A stretch of 32,000 nucleotides of DNA, from positions 1 through 32,000 of the forward strand of contig JAIPHU010000001.1 of NCBI GenBank assembly GCA_021735045.1, written 5' to 3'. Positions within the stretch are counted from its first letter, which is position 1; each line of letters starts with the position of its first letter. The notes under the pieces are model-generated. The model made no database searches. It saw only the letters and a list, made by a program, of their open reading frames with translations, and had not been told where the DNA came from. This stretch comes from Candidatus Omnitrophota bacterium. GTDB taxonomy: Bacteria > Omnitrophota > Gorgyraeia > Duberdicusellales > 4484-171. Below, in pieces: positions 1 through 9,161 of the stretch. The translations under genes were made by a program, and so were the position numbers.

Positions 1-5
1 ACAAG

Positions 6-42
6 CCCTTGACGTTTGGTTGTCCAAACCAAATGTCAAGGG
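6..42. other. Strong hairpin, 16-bp stem with 5-nt loop. Possibly the terminator or 3' structure of a gene outside the window.
   Basis: cccttgacgtttggtt (6-21) pairs with aaccaaatgtcaaggg (27-42), with one G-U pair. There is no immediately adjacent U-tract on the plus strand, so terminator status is uncertain. Confidence 0.3.
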
Positions 43-80
43 CGGCACAAACTACAGGTTCTTCTTTTTGCATTGGTGTA

Positions 81-108
81 TTGTATTTGGTAAAATTATT
101 GGTATAAT
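81..108 (+). promoter_or_regulatory. Sigma70-like extended -10 promoter for the efflux operon
   Basis: TTGTAT (81-86), a 16-nt spacer, then TGg TATAAT (100-108). It lies inside a 56-nt module that recurs at 7793-7848. Confidence 0.5.
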
Positions 109-279
109 ATGGTTTGCCTTAAGCACGAATGGGCAACCACGTTCGCTAAACCAACGACAGGGAAGTTTGCTTTTTGAAAAATTTGGAGAGGTTTAACCTC
201 TCCAAGCAGGAACTAAGTTTAAAAAGTCCCTTGGAAAAACTTGAATGTGAATATTATCTATGATATCTTATTGGAGATA

Positions 280-2760
280 ATGAGAAAAATAGATATAACT
301 AAGAGTGTAATAATCCTCTGTTGCTTGCTCCCATTTTTTTTACTTACCAATTTATGGGGGTTGGCATCTGAGAAAAAAACAAAATCTGCTGAAGAACCTA
401 CTATCTTAATCGCCCAAGATGGAAGTTGTCCAGAGTTTAAAGAGATCGGAGAAAAAACAAAAAAAGCATTAATCCAGCTTAGAGATACCGAGAAAAAAGT
501 TATTTTTAAATCTCCCCCTAAACTTAATGCCCAGTGGAATCCCGCCAAGTTAAAAGAAGTCCTAAATTCGGCACTAAAATATAAAGATATTGATTTAATT
601 TTGCTTCAGGGGGTTTTATTGACTAAGGCCGCTGCCAGAAGCAAAATAGATTTTCAGAAACCTGTTTTAAGTAGTTTAATACATGATCCCGAGATAGTCG
701 GTTTAGCTTATAATAAGAAAGGTTTTTCTAGCAAAAATAATTTTATCTTTCTGGCACTTCCCGGCCAGTTTAAAAAAGATATGGCAAAGTTTAAGAAGTT
801 AGTTAATTTTAAAAAACTCTCTGTAATTTTCGATGCACTATTATTAAAGACTTTTCCAGACATAGAAAAAAATATAAAACAGCAAGCCAAAAAAATGGGG
901 TTTAGGGTAAAAATTATTCCTGTAGCCCATAAAGCTCGGCCTGCGCTGAAGAAATTAAGCAATAAAACCGAAGCAGTTTATCTTACTCCTGTTTCTAATA
1001 TGGGAAAAGAGCAATGGCAAAAATTGATTAAGGGAATTAATCAGAAAAAAATCCCTTCCTTTTCTTTGTTGGGAAAAACCGACGTTGAGCGCGGAGTCTT
1101 GGCGGGGTTGCTTCCGGATATGTCGGATATTTTTCCTCGTTGGAAAGCTTTAGCGATCTCACGTGTTTTAGACGGAACTTCGCCCGATAAAATTCCGGTA
1201 AAAATGGAGTTGGATATTCAACTTTCTTTTAACCAGAAAACTGCAGAAAAAATCGGTTTTAATATTCCTTTAGGCCTTGGAAGTAGAATTGAGGCAGAAA
1301 CTGTCGGAGATGAAGGTGGAAAATCAAAAAGGGGTGATAAATTAGAAGAAGAAAAAATAGAAAAAGATTTGATCAGGCCGTTTCTTAAACCAAAGAAAGG
1401 CGCGCGCCTTTCTTACCAGCAAGCAATAAAATTGGCCTTGCAACATAATATAGATTTAGATGTTAACCGCAAAGACTTGAGAATATCCCGAGAGAATCGA
1501 AATCAATTGTTGACTGATCTTTTTCCCCAGATTGCAGCTACAGCTGGTTATAAAAGAGTTGATTATAATCAAGCAGATATATCCGAAGGGTTTGTTCCGG
1601 AATATAGTTCTACTGCAGGTGCATCAGCTTCTCAGATAATTTTTAATGATCCTATTTGGTCGGCTTACCGTTCTGCTTCTTGGATAGTAGAGAAGCGACG
1701 GATGGAATTAGAATCGCTCCGGCTTGATATTCAGCATTTAACAGAGACTCTTTTCCTTGATTGCCTGACGGCCCGTTCTGTTTTAGAGGTTGATCGAGGT
1801 AATCATGACCTTTCCCGTAAAAATCTAGAAGTTGCACAAACTCGCATGGAAATTGGAGTATCTGGCCCAGATGAGGTTGATCGGTGGAGGTCTCGGCTTG
1901 CCCGAGAAGAAGTTTCTCTGCTTCAAGACTATAATACTTTTCGGGATTTTATTATTGACCTAAACAGGGTAATAGGAGTCAATCAGGATTCGAGATGGAA
2001 GTTTCAAGACATTGTCAGGGGAAAATTAGATTCAGGGTTTAGCCCAGAATCCTTTGGAAAATTTCTTTCGGACCAGCACGCTCTGGCAGTTCTTAAAGAC
2101 TTTGCTTTTAAGACTGCCCTTGCCCATTCACCGGAGATGAAAGCAGTAAAAAAAGCTATCACTGCTGAAAAAATTATGCTTGCTCAGGCTAAACGGAGTT
2201 TTATTATGCCTGAGGTATCGGCTTTTTTTGATTACGATTATACAATCGACCAACATTATGTGGGAGCCGGCAGTACTACCGGCCCTTCTGACGATGAAAA
2301 CCATTGGCAGTTAGGGCTTAAGGCAACTATTCCTATCTTTTCAGGAGGCGGCAATATTGTTGATATTGAAAAAAGAGAAGCTAAGGTTGAGCGGTTTAAA
2401 GATCTTTACAATCGAGCTCTTCAGCAAGTAGAAAAGCGGGTAAAAACAGCAGTAGTTGAGTTGGAAACAACTTGGCCCCAAATTGAATTTTCTAAAACAG
2501 CTGCGAAGATGGCAGAAAAAAATTTAAAGATAATAAAAGATAAATATTCTGACGGTACTGCTTCTATTCTTCGCTTGCTGGATGCCCAAACTAATGCTCA
2601 AACTCAGAATCGGTTGGTAGTGCTGGCTAATTATCGATACCAGAAGGCAGTTACAGATTTTCTCCGGGCTATTTGCTGGCGGTCATTTGTCGAATCCCGA
2701 GCCCACCAGGCTTTTTGGTTTAAGAAGCTTAAAGAAAGGATAAATAAGGAGCGTAAATAA
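280..2760 (+). CDS. Outer-membrane efflux factor (TolC/OprM family) fused to an N-terminal periplasmic-binding-protein-like (ABC_sub_bind-like) domain
   Basis: The ORF track gives 241..2760. I prefer the ATG at 280: GGAGA at 273-277, and MRK followed by a hydrophobic signal peptide ending LWGLA/SEKK. Numbering by the 839-aa track ORF, residues ~390-839 read as an outer membrane efflux protein (LSYQQAIKLALQHNIDL..., two coiled-coil/beta repeats). Residues ~55-345 resemble a periplasmic substrate-binding fold (EAVYLTPVSN, TDVERGVLAGL, LDGTSPDKIPV, FNQKTAEKIGFNIP). The stop overlaps the next start by 1 nt. Confidence 0.8.
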   Translation: MRKIDITKSVIILCCLLPFFLLTNLWGLASEKKTKSAEEPTILIAQDGSCPEFKEIGEKTKKALIQLRDTEKKVIFKSPPKLNAQWNPAKLKEVLNSALKYKDIDLILLQGVLLTKAAARSKIDFQKPVLSSLIHDPEIVGLAYNKKGFSSKNNFIFLALPGQFKKDMAKFKKLVNFKKLSVIFDALLLKTFPDIEKNIKQQAKKMGFRVKIIPVAHKARPALKKLSNKTEAVYLTPVSNMGKEQWQKLIKGINQKKIPSFSLLGKTDVERGVLAGLLPDMSDIFPRWKALAISRVLDGTSPDKIPVKMELDIQLSFNQKTAEKIGFNIPLGLGSRIEAETVGDEGGKSKRGDKLEEEKIEKDLIRPFLKPKKGARLSYQQAIKLALQHNIDLDVNRKDLRISRENRNQLLTDLFPQIAATAGYKRVDYNQADISEGFVPEYSSTAGASASQIIFNDPIWSAYRSASWIVEKRRMELESLRLDIQHLTETLFLDCLTARSVLEVDRGNHDLSRKNLEVAQTRMEIGVSGPDEVDRWRSRLAREEVSLLQDYNTFRDFIIDLNRVIGVNQDSRWKFQDIVRGKLDSGFSPESFGKFLSDQHALAVLKDFAFKTALAHSPEMKAVKKAITAEKIMLAQAKRSFIMPEVSAFFDYDYTIDQHYVGAGSTTGPSDDENHWQLGLKATIPIFSGGGNIVDIEKREAKVERFKDLYNRALQQVEKRVKTAVVELETTWPQIEFSKTAAKMAEKNLKIIKDKYSDGTASILRLLDAQTNAQTQNRLVVLANYRYQKAVTDFLRAICWRSFVESRAHQAFWFKKLKERINKERK

Positions 2761-3905
2761 TGAATATTTTTAAAAAGAAAAGTGGGTCTATAACCCTGAT
2801 TGTAGGAATAACTATTTTAGTTGTCATTACAATAATTGGATGCGGAGGCAAAAAATCAAAAAAGAAATCAAAATCTTCCCCAGCTAAAGATACAACATCT
2901 CAAGCTGTTAAATTGGTAAAGGTGCAGCTACCTTCATCAACTGAAACACGAAGTGTTCCGGGTAAAACATTAGCTGTTACTGAAACAGAACTTTCTTTCC
3001 GGGTTTCGGGGCAAATTGAAGAGCTTCCTGTAAAAATTGGCCAAAAAGTTAAAAAAGGAGCAACTATTGCAAGGGTCAGTTCCAACAAATATAAATTTGG
3101 CCTTGATGAAGCTAAAGCTGATTTAAAAAGTGCTCAAGCCAGATTGATAAATGTAAAACGCAGGTATCAAAGGGACCAGGAACTGTGGGCTAATGAGGAT
3201 ATTGATGCCGATACTCTTGATGCCTCAAGAGCTGCTTATGAATCTCTAAAAGATAAAGTTGATGAGCTTAAGGCTCGAGTTTTAGAAACCAAAAATAGGT
3301 TGGGATATACCACACTTAAAGCGCCTTTTACCGGAGAAATTGTAGATAAGCATGTTGATAAATTCGATTTAGTAAAGATAGGAGAACCGATTGTGGATTT
3401 GATTGATAGTACAAGCTTTGAGGTAAAAGCGTATCTGCCGGAGAAACTTTTTTTAAAAAAGAAACAGTTTAAAAAATTTAGATGCCTTTTTTCTGAATAT
3501 CCTGATAAGTTTTATGAAGCTAAACTAAAAGGTATTGGCCATAAAGCCCTTTCTCCCACCTTAACTTATCCGTTGGTGGTTACGCTTGTGCCCGAGAAAG
3601 ATCTTCAAATTTATCCAGGAATGGAGGTAGAGGTGTTAATTACTATTGACCGCAGGAAAGAAAAAAAAGTTTTCAAACTTCCTTCTTCAGCGGTGGTTTC
3701 TGGTTCTGGTAAGCAAAAGTTGGTTTGGGTTTACAATAAAAAAAGCGGTACGGTTTCAAAGCGGCCGATAGTAGTGGGGCAGTTGAGGTCTTCAGGGATT
3801 GAAATAACTAAGGGTTTAGAAGGAGGAGAGTTAGTGGTAGCTGCCGGAGGAAACTATCTTCATCAGGGCCAAAAAGTACAACCGGTTTCAAAAAAATTTA
3901 AATAG
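2760..3905 (+). CDS. RND efflux periplasmic adaptor (membrane fusion protein, HlyD family), lipoprotein
   Basis: Lipobox-like IIGCGG; a coiled-coil hairpin segment; GYTTLKAPFTGEIV barrel-sandwich motif. The gene sits between the OMF and the RND pump. Confidence 0.9.
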   Translation: MNIFKKKSGSITLIVGITILVVITIIGCGGKKSKKKSKSSPAKDTTSQAVKLVKVQLPSSTETRSVPGKTLAVTETELSFRVSGQIEELPVKIGQKVKKGATIARVSSNKYKFGLDEAKADLKSAQARLINVKRRYQRDQELWANEDIDADTLDASRAAYESLKDKVDELKARVLETKNRLGYTTLKAPFTGEIVDKHVDKFDLVKIGEPIVDLIDSTSFEVKAYLPEKLFLKKKQFKKFRCLFSEYPDKFYEAKLKGIGHKALSPTLTYPLVVTLVPEKDLQIYPGMEVEVLITIDRRKEKKVFKLPSSAVVSGSGKQKLVWVYNKKSGTVSKRPIVVGQLRSSGIEITKGLEGGELVVAAGGNYLHQGQKVQPVSKKFK

Positions 3906-3910
3906 ATATC

Positions 3911-6900
3911 GTGAAAATTACAGATTTAAGTTTAAAGAATAAAAAGACAGTAATGATCATCTCAGTAATTGTGTTACTGGGAGGTTTAATTTCTTATTTT
4001 TCCTTGGGTAAACTTAAAAATCCTACCTTTTCAATTGCTACAGCATTGGTAGTAACTGAATATCCGGGGGCTTCTCCGACTGAGGTTGAAAAGCAGGTTA
4101 CCGAACCACTGGAGCAAGCTATTCAGCGAATGGGGAGTTTAAAAAGCGTTAAATCGGAATCTCGAGCCGAACTTTCCACTATCTTTGTTAAGATGAAGTC
4201 TTTTTATTCCGGAAAAGAGCTAAAGCAAATCTGGAATGAATTAAGGGAAAGAGTCGGTGATGCTCAAGCCTATCTTCCTTCGGGAGCACGCCGTTCCTTG
4301 GTAGTTGATCATTTTGGCCGAACCTATGGGGTGTTTCTAGCTTTAACCGGTGAGGGGTTTTCTTATCCTGAATTAAAAAAATACGCAAAGTTTATTCAGA
4401 AGAAACTCAAGCGTTGTAAAGACGTAGCCGGCGTTACGCTTTTTGGCATTCAGGAGGAGATGGTTCAAGTAGAAATTTCCCGTCAGCGATTAGCAGAAAT
4501 AGGCATTAACCCTGACCAAATTATAAGGATTCTCCAAGAGCAAAACAAAGTTGTACCTTCGGGTTATTTAACTTCCGGGGGAGAGAAAATAAGAGCAACA
4601 ACTACCGGAGTTTTTACTAGCCTTGATGATATTAAGAATTTAATAGTTAAGGGGGAAAAAAGCAATCAATTGGTTTTGCTTAAGGATATAGCCGAACTTC
4701 GGAAAATTACTGTAGAACCTCCCCAGGCAGTTATGCGGTTTAATGGTAAAAAGGCTATTGGGATTGGAGTATCTACAGTATCAGGAGGAAACACGATTGT
4801 GGTTGGGGATGCTGTTGAAGCTGAAATTGATGAGTTGACCTCTCAGCTTCCTGCTGGTCTTAAAATTAATACTATTAATTTTCAGTCGAAAAGTGTAAAA
4901 AAGTCAATTAATAATTTTCTGCTGGCGTTAATTGAAGCCATAATCATTGTGATGGCGGTACTTTTTGTATCTTTAGGTTTTCGCAGTGGGTTGGTTATTA
5001 CCAACGGTCTTCTTTTTAATATAGCTGCTTTGATCATCATCATGCTGATGTTAGGGGTCAATCTGCAAAATGTATCAATTGCTGCTCTAATTATTGCTTT
5101 AGGGATGATGGTCGACGACTCTGTGGTTGTCAGCGATAATATCTTAGAAAGGCTCCGGGCAGATGGCAGCAGTCGTGATACTGCAGGAAGGGAAGCGGCC
5201 CAAGCTACCGGTTTTGCACAATTTATTGCTACTTTTATCGCTATTTGTTCATTCCTTCCTATTTATTTAGCAAAAAGCTCTACGGGGCAATTTTGCGAAT
5301 CGCTTTTTTTGGTAGTGGCTATTGCTCTTTCGGTTAGCTGGCTACAAGCGATGACAGTGGTTCCGGTAATTGGCGGTTACTTATTTAAAGTAAAGAAGAA
5401 AGCTAAAAAGGCTAAAGCTTATTCTGGCCGTTTTTATCAGAAATACCGGCAAATTTTACGATATTGGCTTAAGCGCCGGTGGCCTTTGATGCTGATTATG
5501 TTAGGGCTTTTGCTGATAGCTAGTTATGGTTTTGATTTTATGAAGACACAGTTTTTCCCAAAAGCTGTACGGCCTCAATTTCAGGTTAACTATTGGCTTC
5601 CCGAAGGAAGTTCGATAGAAAAAACTTCTCAGGACTTAAAAAAAATAGAAAAATATATTTTAACATTAAACGGTGTAAAATCAGTTGCCACATCAGTTGG
5701 ATCTGGCCCGCCTCGTTTTATGTTGGCTTTTACTCCTGAACAGCCCAACCCCAGCTACGGCTGTATGATTGTTAATACCGAAACAGCCCAAGATGTACCT
5801 GGGATCATTAAAAAAGTTGATTCTTACCTTGATAAGCACTTTCCTCAGGCTGAGCCGGTGATCTGTAGGTTTTCTACTAATGGTGGCCCTAATATTGGTA
5901 TTCATGCTCGTATTTTTGGCCCTGATCCTGAGGTTCTTTGTAAGTTTTCTGCTCAGGCTGAAGCAATCATGAGAGAAGAAGGGGGCCAGGAGATACGCAA
6001 TAATTGGCGACAGAAAGTTAAAGTGTGGGTTCCAAAATATAGTCAACCTCGAGGCAGTCTTTCTGGAATTAATCGAGAAGACATTGGACAATCACTTCTT
6101 ACCTACAGCCAAGGTTTTCCGATTGGCATTTATCGGGAAGGGCATAATTTGCTTCCAATTAAGATAAGGTTTCCTAAAAAGGATCGAAATAATAACAGTA
6201 ATTTGGCGACAGTTCCAGTTTGGGGAGAGCAAGGAAGAAATAGTGTTCCTTTAGGAGCTGTAGTAAATAGTGCTGAACTTAAGTTGGAAAATCCGGTAAT
6301 TCATCGGCTACACCGTTTTCGATATATCAGTGCCATGTGCAATCCACCGGAGGGCGGAACTATCAACGATTTTCAAAAAAAGCTTAAAAAACGGTTTGAG
6401 AAAGAACTTTCGTTGCCTGATGGATATTGGTTAGAATGGGGCGGTTTGTATAAGCTTATGAAAAGTTCTAACAAGAGTGTGTCTGTTAAAGTTCCAATAG
6501 CTTTGATTCTTATGTTGATTGGAATTATTATTCTTTTTGACGGCTTGATTCAGCCTCTGATGATTATTCTTACCTTACCTCTTTCAATTATTGGAATTTC
6601 GTTTGGTATGGTTATTTTTCAAAAACCCTTTAATTTTTTGGCTACGATGGGTTTTTATTGTTTGCTTGGAATTATGATTCGAAACGGGGTGATTTTAGTT
6701 CAGGAAATCGATCGTACGATTAAAAAACAAGATGATCCTTATCAATCTGTAGTTGAAGCTTCGGTAACTCGAATTCGGCCAGTATTGATCACTGCTTTTT
6801 GTACCAGTTTGGGGATGATTCCGTTGATTTCGGATGTACTTTTTGGTTCTATGGCGATTACAATTATTTCCGGTTTACTTTTTGCTACCATTATTACTCT

Positions 6901-6967
6901 AGTTTATCTCCCGGTGCTCTATGCTTTACTGCATCGGATATATCCAAAACAAAAAACAAATCGTTAA
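3911..6967 (+). CDS. RND efflux transporter permease (AcrB/HAE-type)
   Basis: 1018 aa with a GTG start. Shows a 12-TM pattern with two large periplasmic loops. TM4 motif ALGMMVDDSVVVSDN is HAE-like and does not match the heavy-metal DFG..D..E signature. Confidence 0.93.
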   Translation: MKITDLSLKNKKTVMIISVIVLLGGLISYFSLGKLKNPTFSIATALVVTEYPGASPTEVEKQVTEPLEQAIQRMGSLKSVKSESRAELSTIFVKMKSFYSGKELKQIWNELRERVGDAQAYLPSGARRSLVVDHFGRTYGVFLALTGEGFSYPELKKYAKFIQKKLKRCKDVAGVTLFGIQEEMVQVEISRQRLAEIGINPDQIIRILQEQNKVVPSGYLTSGGEKIRATTTGVFTSLDDIKNLIVKGEKSNQLVLLKDIAELRKITVEPPQAVMRFNGKKAIGIGVSTVSGGNTIVVGDAVEAEIDELTSQLPAGLKINTINFQSKSVKKSINNFLLALIEAIIIVMAVLFVSLGFRSGLVITNGLLFNIAALIIIMLMLGVNLQNVSIAALIIALGMMVDDSVVVSDNILERLRADGSSRDTAGREAAQATGFAQFIATFIAICSFLPIYLAKSSTGQFCESLFLVVAIALSVSWLQAMTVVPVIGGYLFKVKKKAKKAKAYSGRFYQKYRQILRYWLKRRWPLMLIMLGLLLIASYGFDFMKTQFFPKAVRPQFQVNYWLPEGSSIEKTSQDLKKIEKYILTLNGVKSVATSVGSGPPRFMLAFTPEQPNPSYGCMIVNTETAQDVPGIIKKVDSYLDKHFPQAEPVICRFSTNGGPNIGIHARIFGPDPEVLCKFSAQAEAIMREEGGQEIRNNWRQKVKVWVPKYSQPRGSLSGINREDIGQSLLTYSQGFPIGIYREGHNLLPIKIRFPKKDRNNNSNLATVPVWGEQGRNSVPLGAVVNSAELKLENPVIHRLHRFRYISAMCNPPEGGTINDFQKKLKKRFEKELSLPDGYWLEWGGLYKLMKSSNKSVSVKVPIALILMLIGIIILFDGLIQPLMIILTLPLSIIGISFGMVIFQKPFNFLATMGFYCLLGIMIRNGVILVQEIDRTIKKQDDPYQSVVEASVTRIRPVLITAFCTSLGMIPLISDVLFGSMAITIISGLLFATIITLVYLPVLYALLHRIYPKQKTNR

Positions 6968-7653
6968 TCAGTATTTTTTCTTTTTTCTCTTCGGGAGATA
7001 TAAAGATTTATTAGGTAGGCTACATAAAAGACAAGGTAAAAGCGTCCGATTAACCCTTCGAGGATTGTTAAAGTTTGGGCCATACTCGAAATTGGCACTA
7101 TGTCACCGAAGCCAATAGTTAAAAGAGAGATAAAACTATAGTAAAAAAGTAACCCATAAAATCCTATTAACTCGGGGTGACGGCCATGGACTCCAAAATT
7201 AAAAGAACCCGGAGATATTAGTTCCAGATTGACAAAAAGGCTAGCCCATAAAACTCCGATCAGAATATAAACACATAATCCTCCCATTACGGTATCGGCA
7301 CTTATTTGCTTTTGCTGGGACAGATTTCTAATAATTAGTCCGGTTATAAGTAAAAGGTATAAGCTGGAAAGTCCAGTGGCAGCTATCAAAATAAACTTTT
7401 GATTAATAAAATAACTGGTGAATTCTCCCAAAATGGATGCTGCTCCTAAAATTATTGCTAATTTAAAGAAACGGCTGCGCCGGATGCTGTAGGCAGCAGC
7501 TGCTAGAAAAAGATAATAGAGGATATCTCCTATATAACCAGCTGCCAAAGTATTTTCAAAAAGGGGATTAGCCAGCATTAGAAGGAGAAAAATTCCCAGC
7601 AGAATAGCAAAACGATGAGTATCTGTTGCAATGCGAAAAAAATCGGATTTCAT
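6964..7653 (-). CDS. Potassium channel family membrane protein (pore-loop TxGxGD)
   Basis: Multi-TM protein with the selectivity-filter signature LLTIGFGDIVP near the C-terminus. It is convergent with the RND gene, and the two stop codons overlap in TTAA (6964-6967), leaving no room for a terminator. Confidence 0.75.
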   Translation of the reverse strand: MKSDFFRIATDTHRFAILLGIFLLLMLANPLFENTLAAGYIGDILYYLFLAAAAYSIRRSRFFKLAIILGAASILGEFTSYFINQKFILIAATGLSSLYLLLITGLIIRNLSQQKQISADTVMGGLCVYILIGVLWASLFVNLELISPGSFNFGVHGRHPELIGFYGLLFYYSFISLLTIGFGDIVPISSMAQTLTILEGLIGRFYLVFYVAYLINLYISRREKRKNTD

Positions 7654-7808
7654 AATTTGTTTTTATTATACCAAAAAAATAACTATTATAAAGCGAACTT
7701 TTATTGAAGCGAAGATAAATTAGGGTTAAATAAAGTTTTTATGCCTAAACTGATACTTAGAAAGCAAAGACAGGCGATGTAAGCTATAGGTTTTTTTGCA
7801 TTGATCTA

Positions 7809-7836
7809 TTGTATTTGGTAATATTATTGATATAAT
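7809..7836 (+). promoter_or_regulatory. Sigma70-like extended -10 promoter for glmU-prs-rplY-pth
   Basis: TTGTAT (7809-7814), a 16-nt spacer, then TGa TATAAT (7828-7836). This is the second copy of the 56-nt module seen at 65-120. Confidence 0.5.
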
Positions 7837-7869
7837 ATGATTTATCTTCAGTAACCAATTAACCAATTT

Positions 7870-9159
7870 ATGAATAAAACAACAGCAATTATATTAGCAG
7901 CCGGCAAAGGCAAAAGGATGAAAAGTTCTTTGCCTAAAGTCTTAAGGAAGGTTTGCGGCCAGTCGCTTATCTACTATGTTCTAAAACAACTATCGAAAAT
8001 TAAAACTATTAAGCAGATTGTTATAGTGGTAGGTTATAAAGGCGATTTAGTAAAAAAAGAAGTAGAAGCTCTATCATCTGGCCAACTAAAGAACTTATCC
8101 GGAAAAATAAAATTTGTCAATCAAACTAAAATGTGGGGAACAGCTGATGCGGTTAAAGTTGCTTTAAGCAAAGTAAAAAATAAAGAAGCTTTAGTTACTT
8201 GCGGGGATAATCCTCTGATTCGTTCTGCTACTCTTTCTAAATTTATGTCTTATTCTAGAAGAAATAATCTTGATTGCTGTATTCTTACTTCAACTATAGA
8301 TAAGAAAAATCAATTGGGAATGATTATGTATGACAGTCAAGGTAAAGTGCAAGCAATAAAGGAAAAACTTTCGCCAAAAGGAAAGGCAAAAAATTTTATA
8401 AGTAGGGGTGAAGTGAATAGCGGGACCTATTATTTTTCTAAAAAAGAACTTTCAAAAAATATAGGGAAAATAAAGCGAAATAAACTCAAAAAAGAGTATT
8501 TTTTAACTGATATAATTAAAATTTTAGCCAATCAGGGTAGGAGAATAAAAACTTATTTAGCCAAAGATTCGTCAGAAGTGGCGGGAATAAATAATCTTTT
8601 TGAGCTTCAATTTGCGGAAAAAGTAGTTAAAACTAGGGTTATTAGTCGATTAACAGAAAAAGGAGTAGTAGTAGTTGACCCCAGTACAACTATAGTTCAA
8701 GAATCAGTAAAAATTGGGAAAAACACAACAATTTACCCCTTTACCTTTATTGAGAAAGGTGCTATAATTGGCAGCAATTGTTCGCTTGGGCCCTTTGTCC
8801 ATATTCGAGCCGGAACACGGATCAGAGATGGTGTTAAGGCAGGTAATTTCTTAGAGATTAATCGTTCTCAACTAGGTAAAGGCGTAACAGCTAAACATTT
8901 TGGTTATCTTGGTGATACTGTGGTCTCCGATAATGTTAATATCGGAGCCGGTACTGTTGTAGCTAACTACGACGGTAGACGAAAGCATAAAACCTATATC
9001 AAAGAAAATTCATTTATTGGCTGCGATACAGTTTTGGTTGCTCCGGTAACTATTGGAAAAAATTCAAAAACTGGGGCGGGTTCTGTAGTCACTAAAAATG
9101 TTAAAGAGAAAGAAGTTGTAATTGGGGTTCCGGCTCACCTTTTAAAAGCTAAGGAGTAA
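7870..9159 (+). CDS. glmU: Bifunctional GlcNAc-1-P uridyltransferase / GlcN-1-P acetyltransferase
   Basis: N-terminal AIILAAGKGKRMKSSLPKVL nucleotidyltransferase motif, followed by C-terminal left-handed beta-helix hexapeptide repeats. Confidence 0.92.
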   Translation: MNKTTAIILAAGKGKRMKSSLPKVLRKVCGQSLIYYVLKQLSKIKTIKQIVIVVGYKGDLVKKEVEALSSGQLKNLSGKIKFVNQTKMWGTADAVKVALSKVKNKEALVTCGDNPLIRSATLSKFMSYSRRNNLDCCILTSTIDKKNQLGMIMYDSQGKVQAIKEKLSPKGKAKNFISRGEVNSGTYYFSKKELSKNIGKIKRNKLKKEYFLTDIIKILANQGRRIKTYLAKDSSEVAGINNLFELQFAEKVVKTRVISRLTEKGVVVVDPSTTIVQESVKIGKNTTIYPFTFIEKGAIIGSNCSLGPFVHIRAGTRIRDGVKAGNFLEINRSQLGKGVTAKHFGYLGDTVVSDNVNIGAGTVVANYDGRRKHKTYIKENSFIGCDTVLVAPVTIGKNSKTGAGSVVTKNVKEKEVVIGVPAHLLKAKE

Positions 9160-9161
9160 AC

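Noticed and set aside
121-170. Two ACGA tetranucleotides (gcACGAat, caACGAca) as a possible guanidine-II (mini-ykkC) riboswitch in front of an efflux operon
   Set aside because: In mini-ykkC the ACGR sequences are tetraloops closed by G-C-rich stems. Here the flanks do not pair, so the resemblance is superficial.
6799-7118. Two short plus-strand ORFs (6799-7014 and 6921-7118)
   Set aside because: They are alternative frames over the RND 3' end and antisense to the K+ channel gene, with no independent support.
7853-7868. Tandem aaccaatt aaccaatt just before the glmU ATG
   Set aside because: There are only two 8-nt units in AT-rich sequence, too short to distinguish from chance. It is noted only because no Shine-Dalgarno is visible there.
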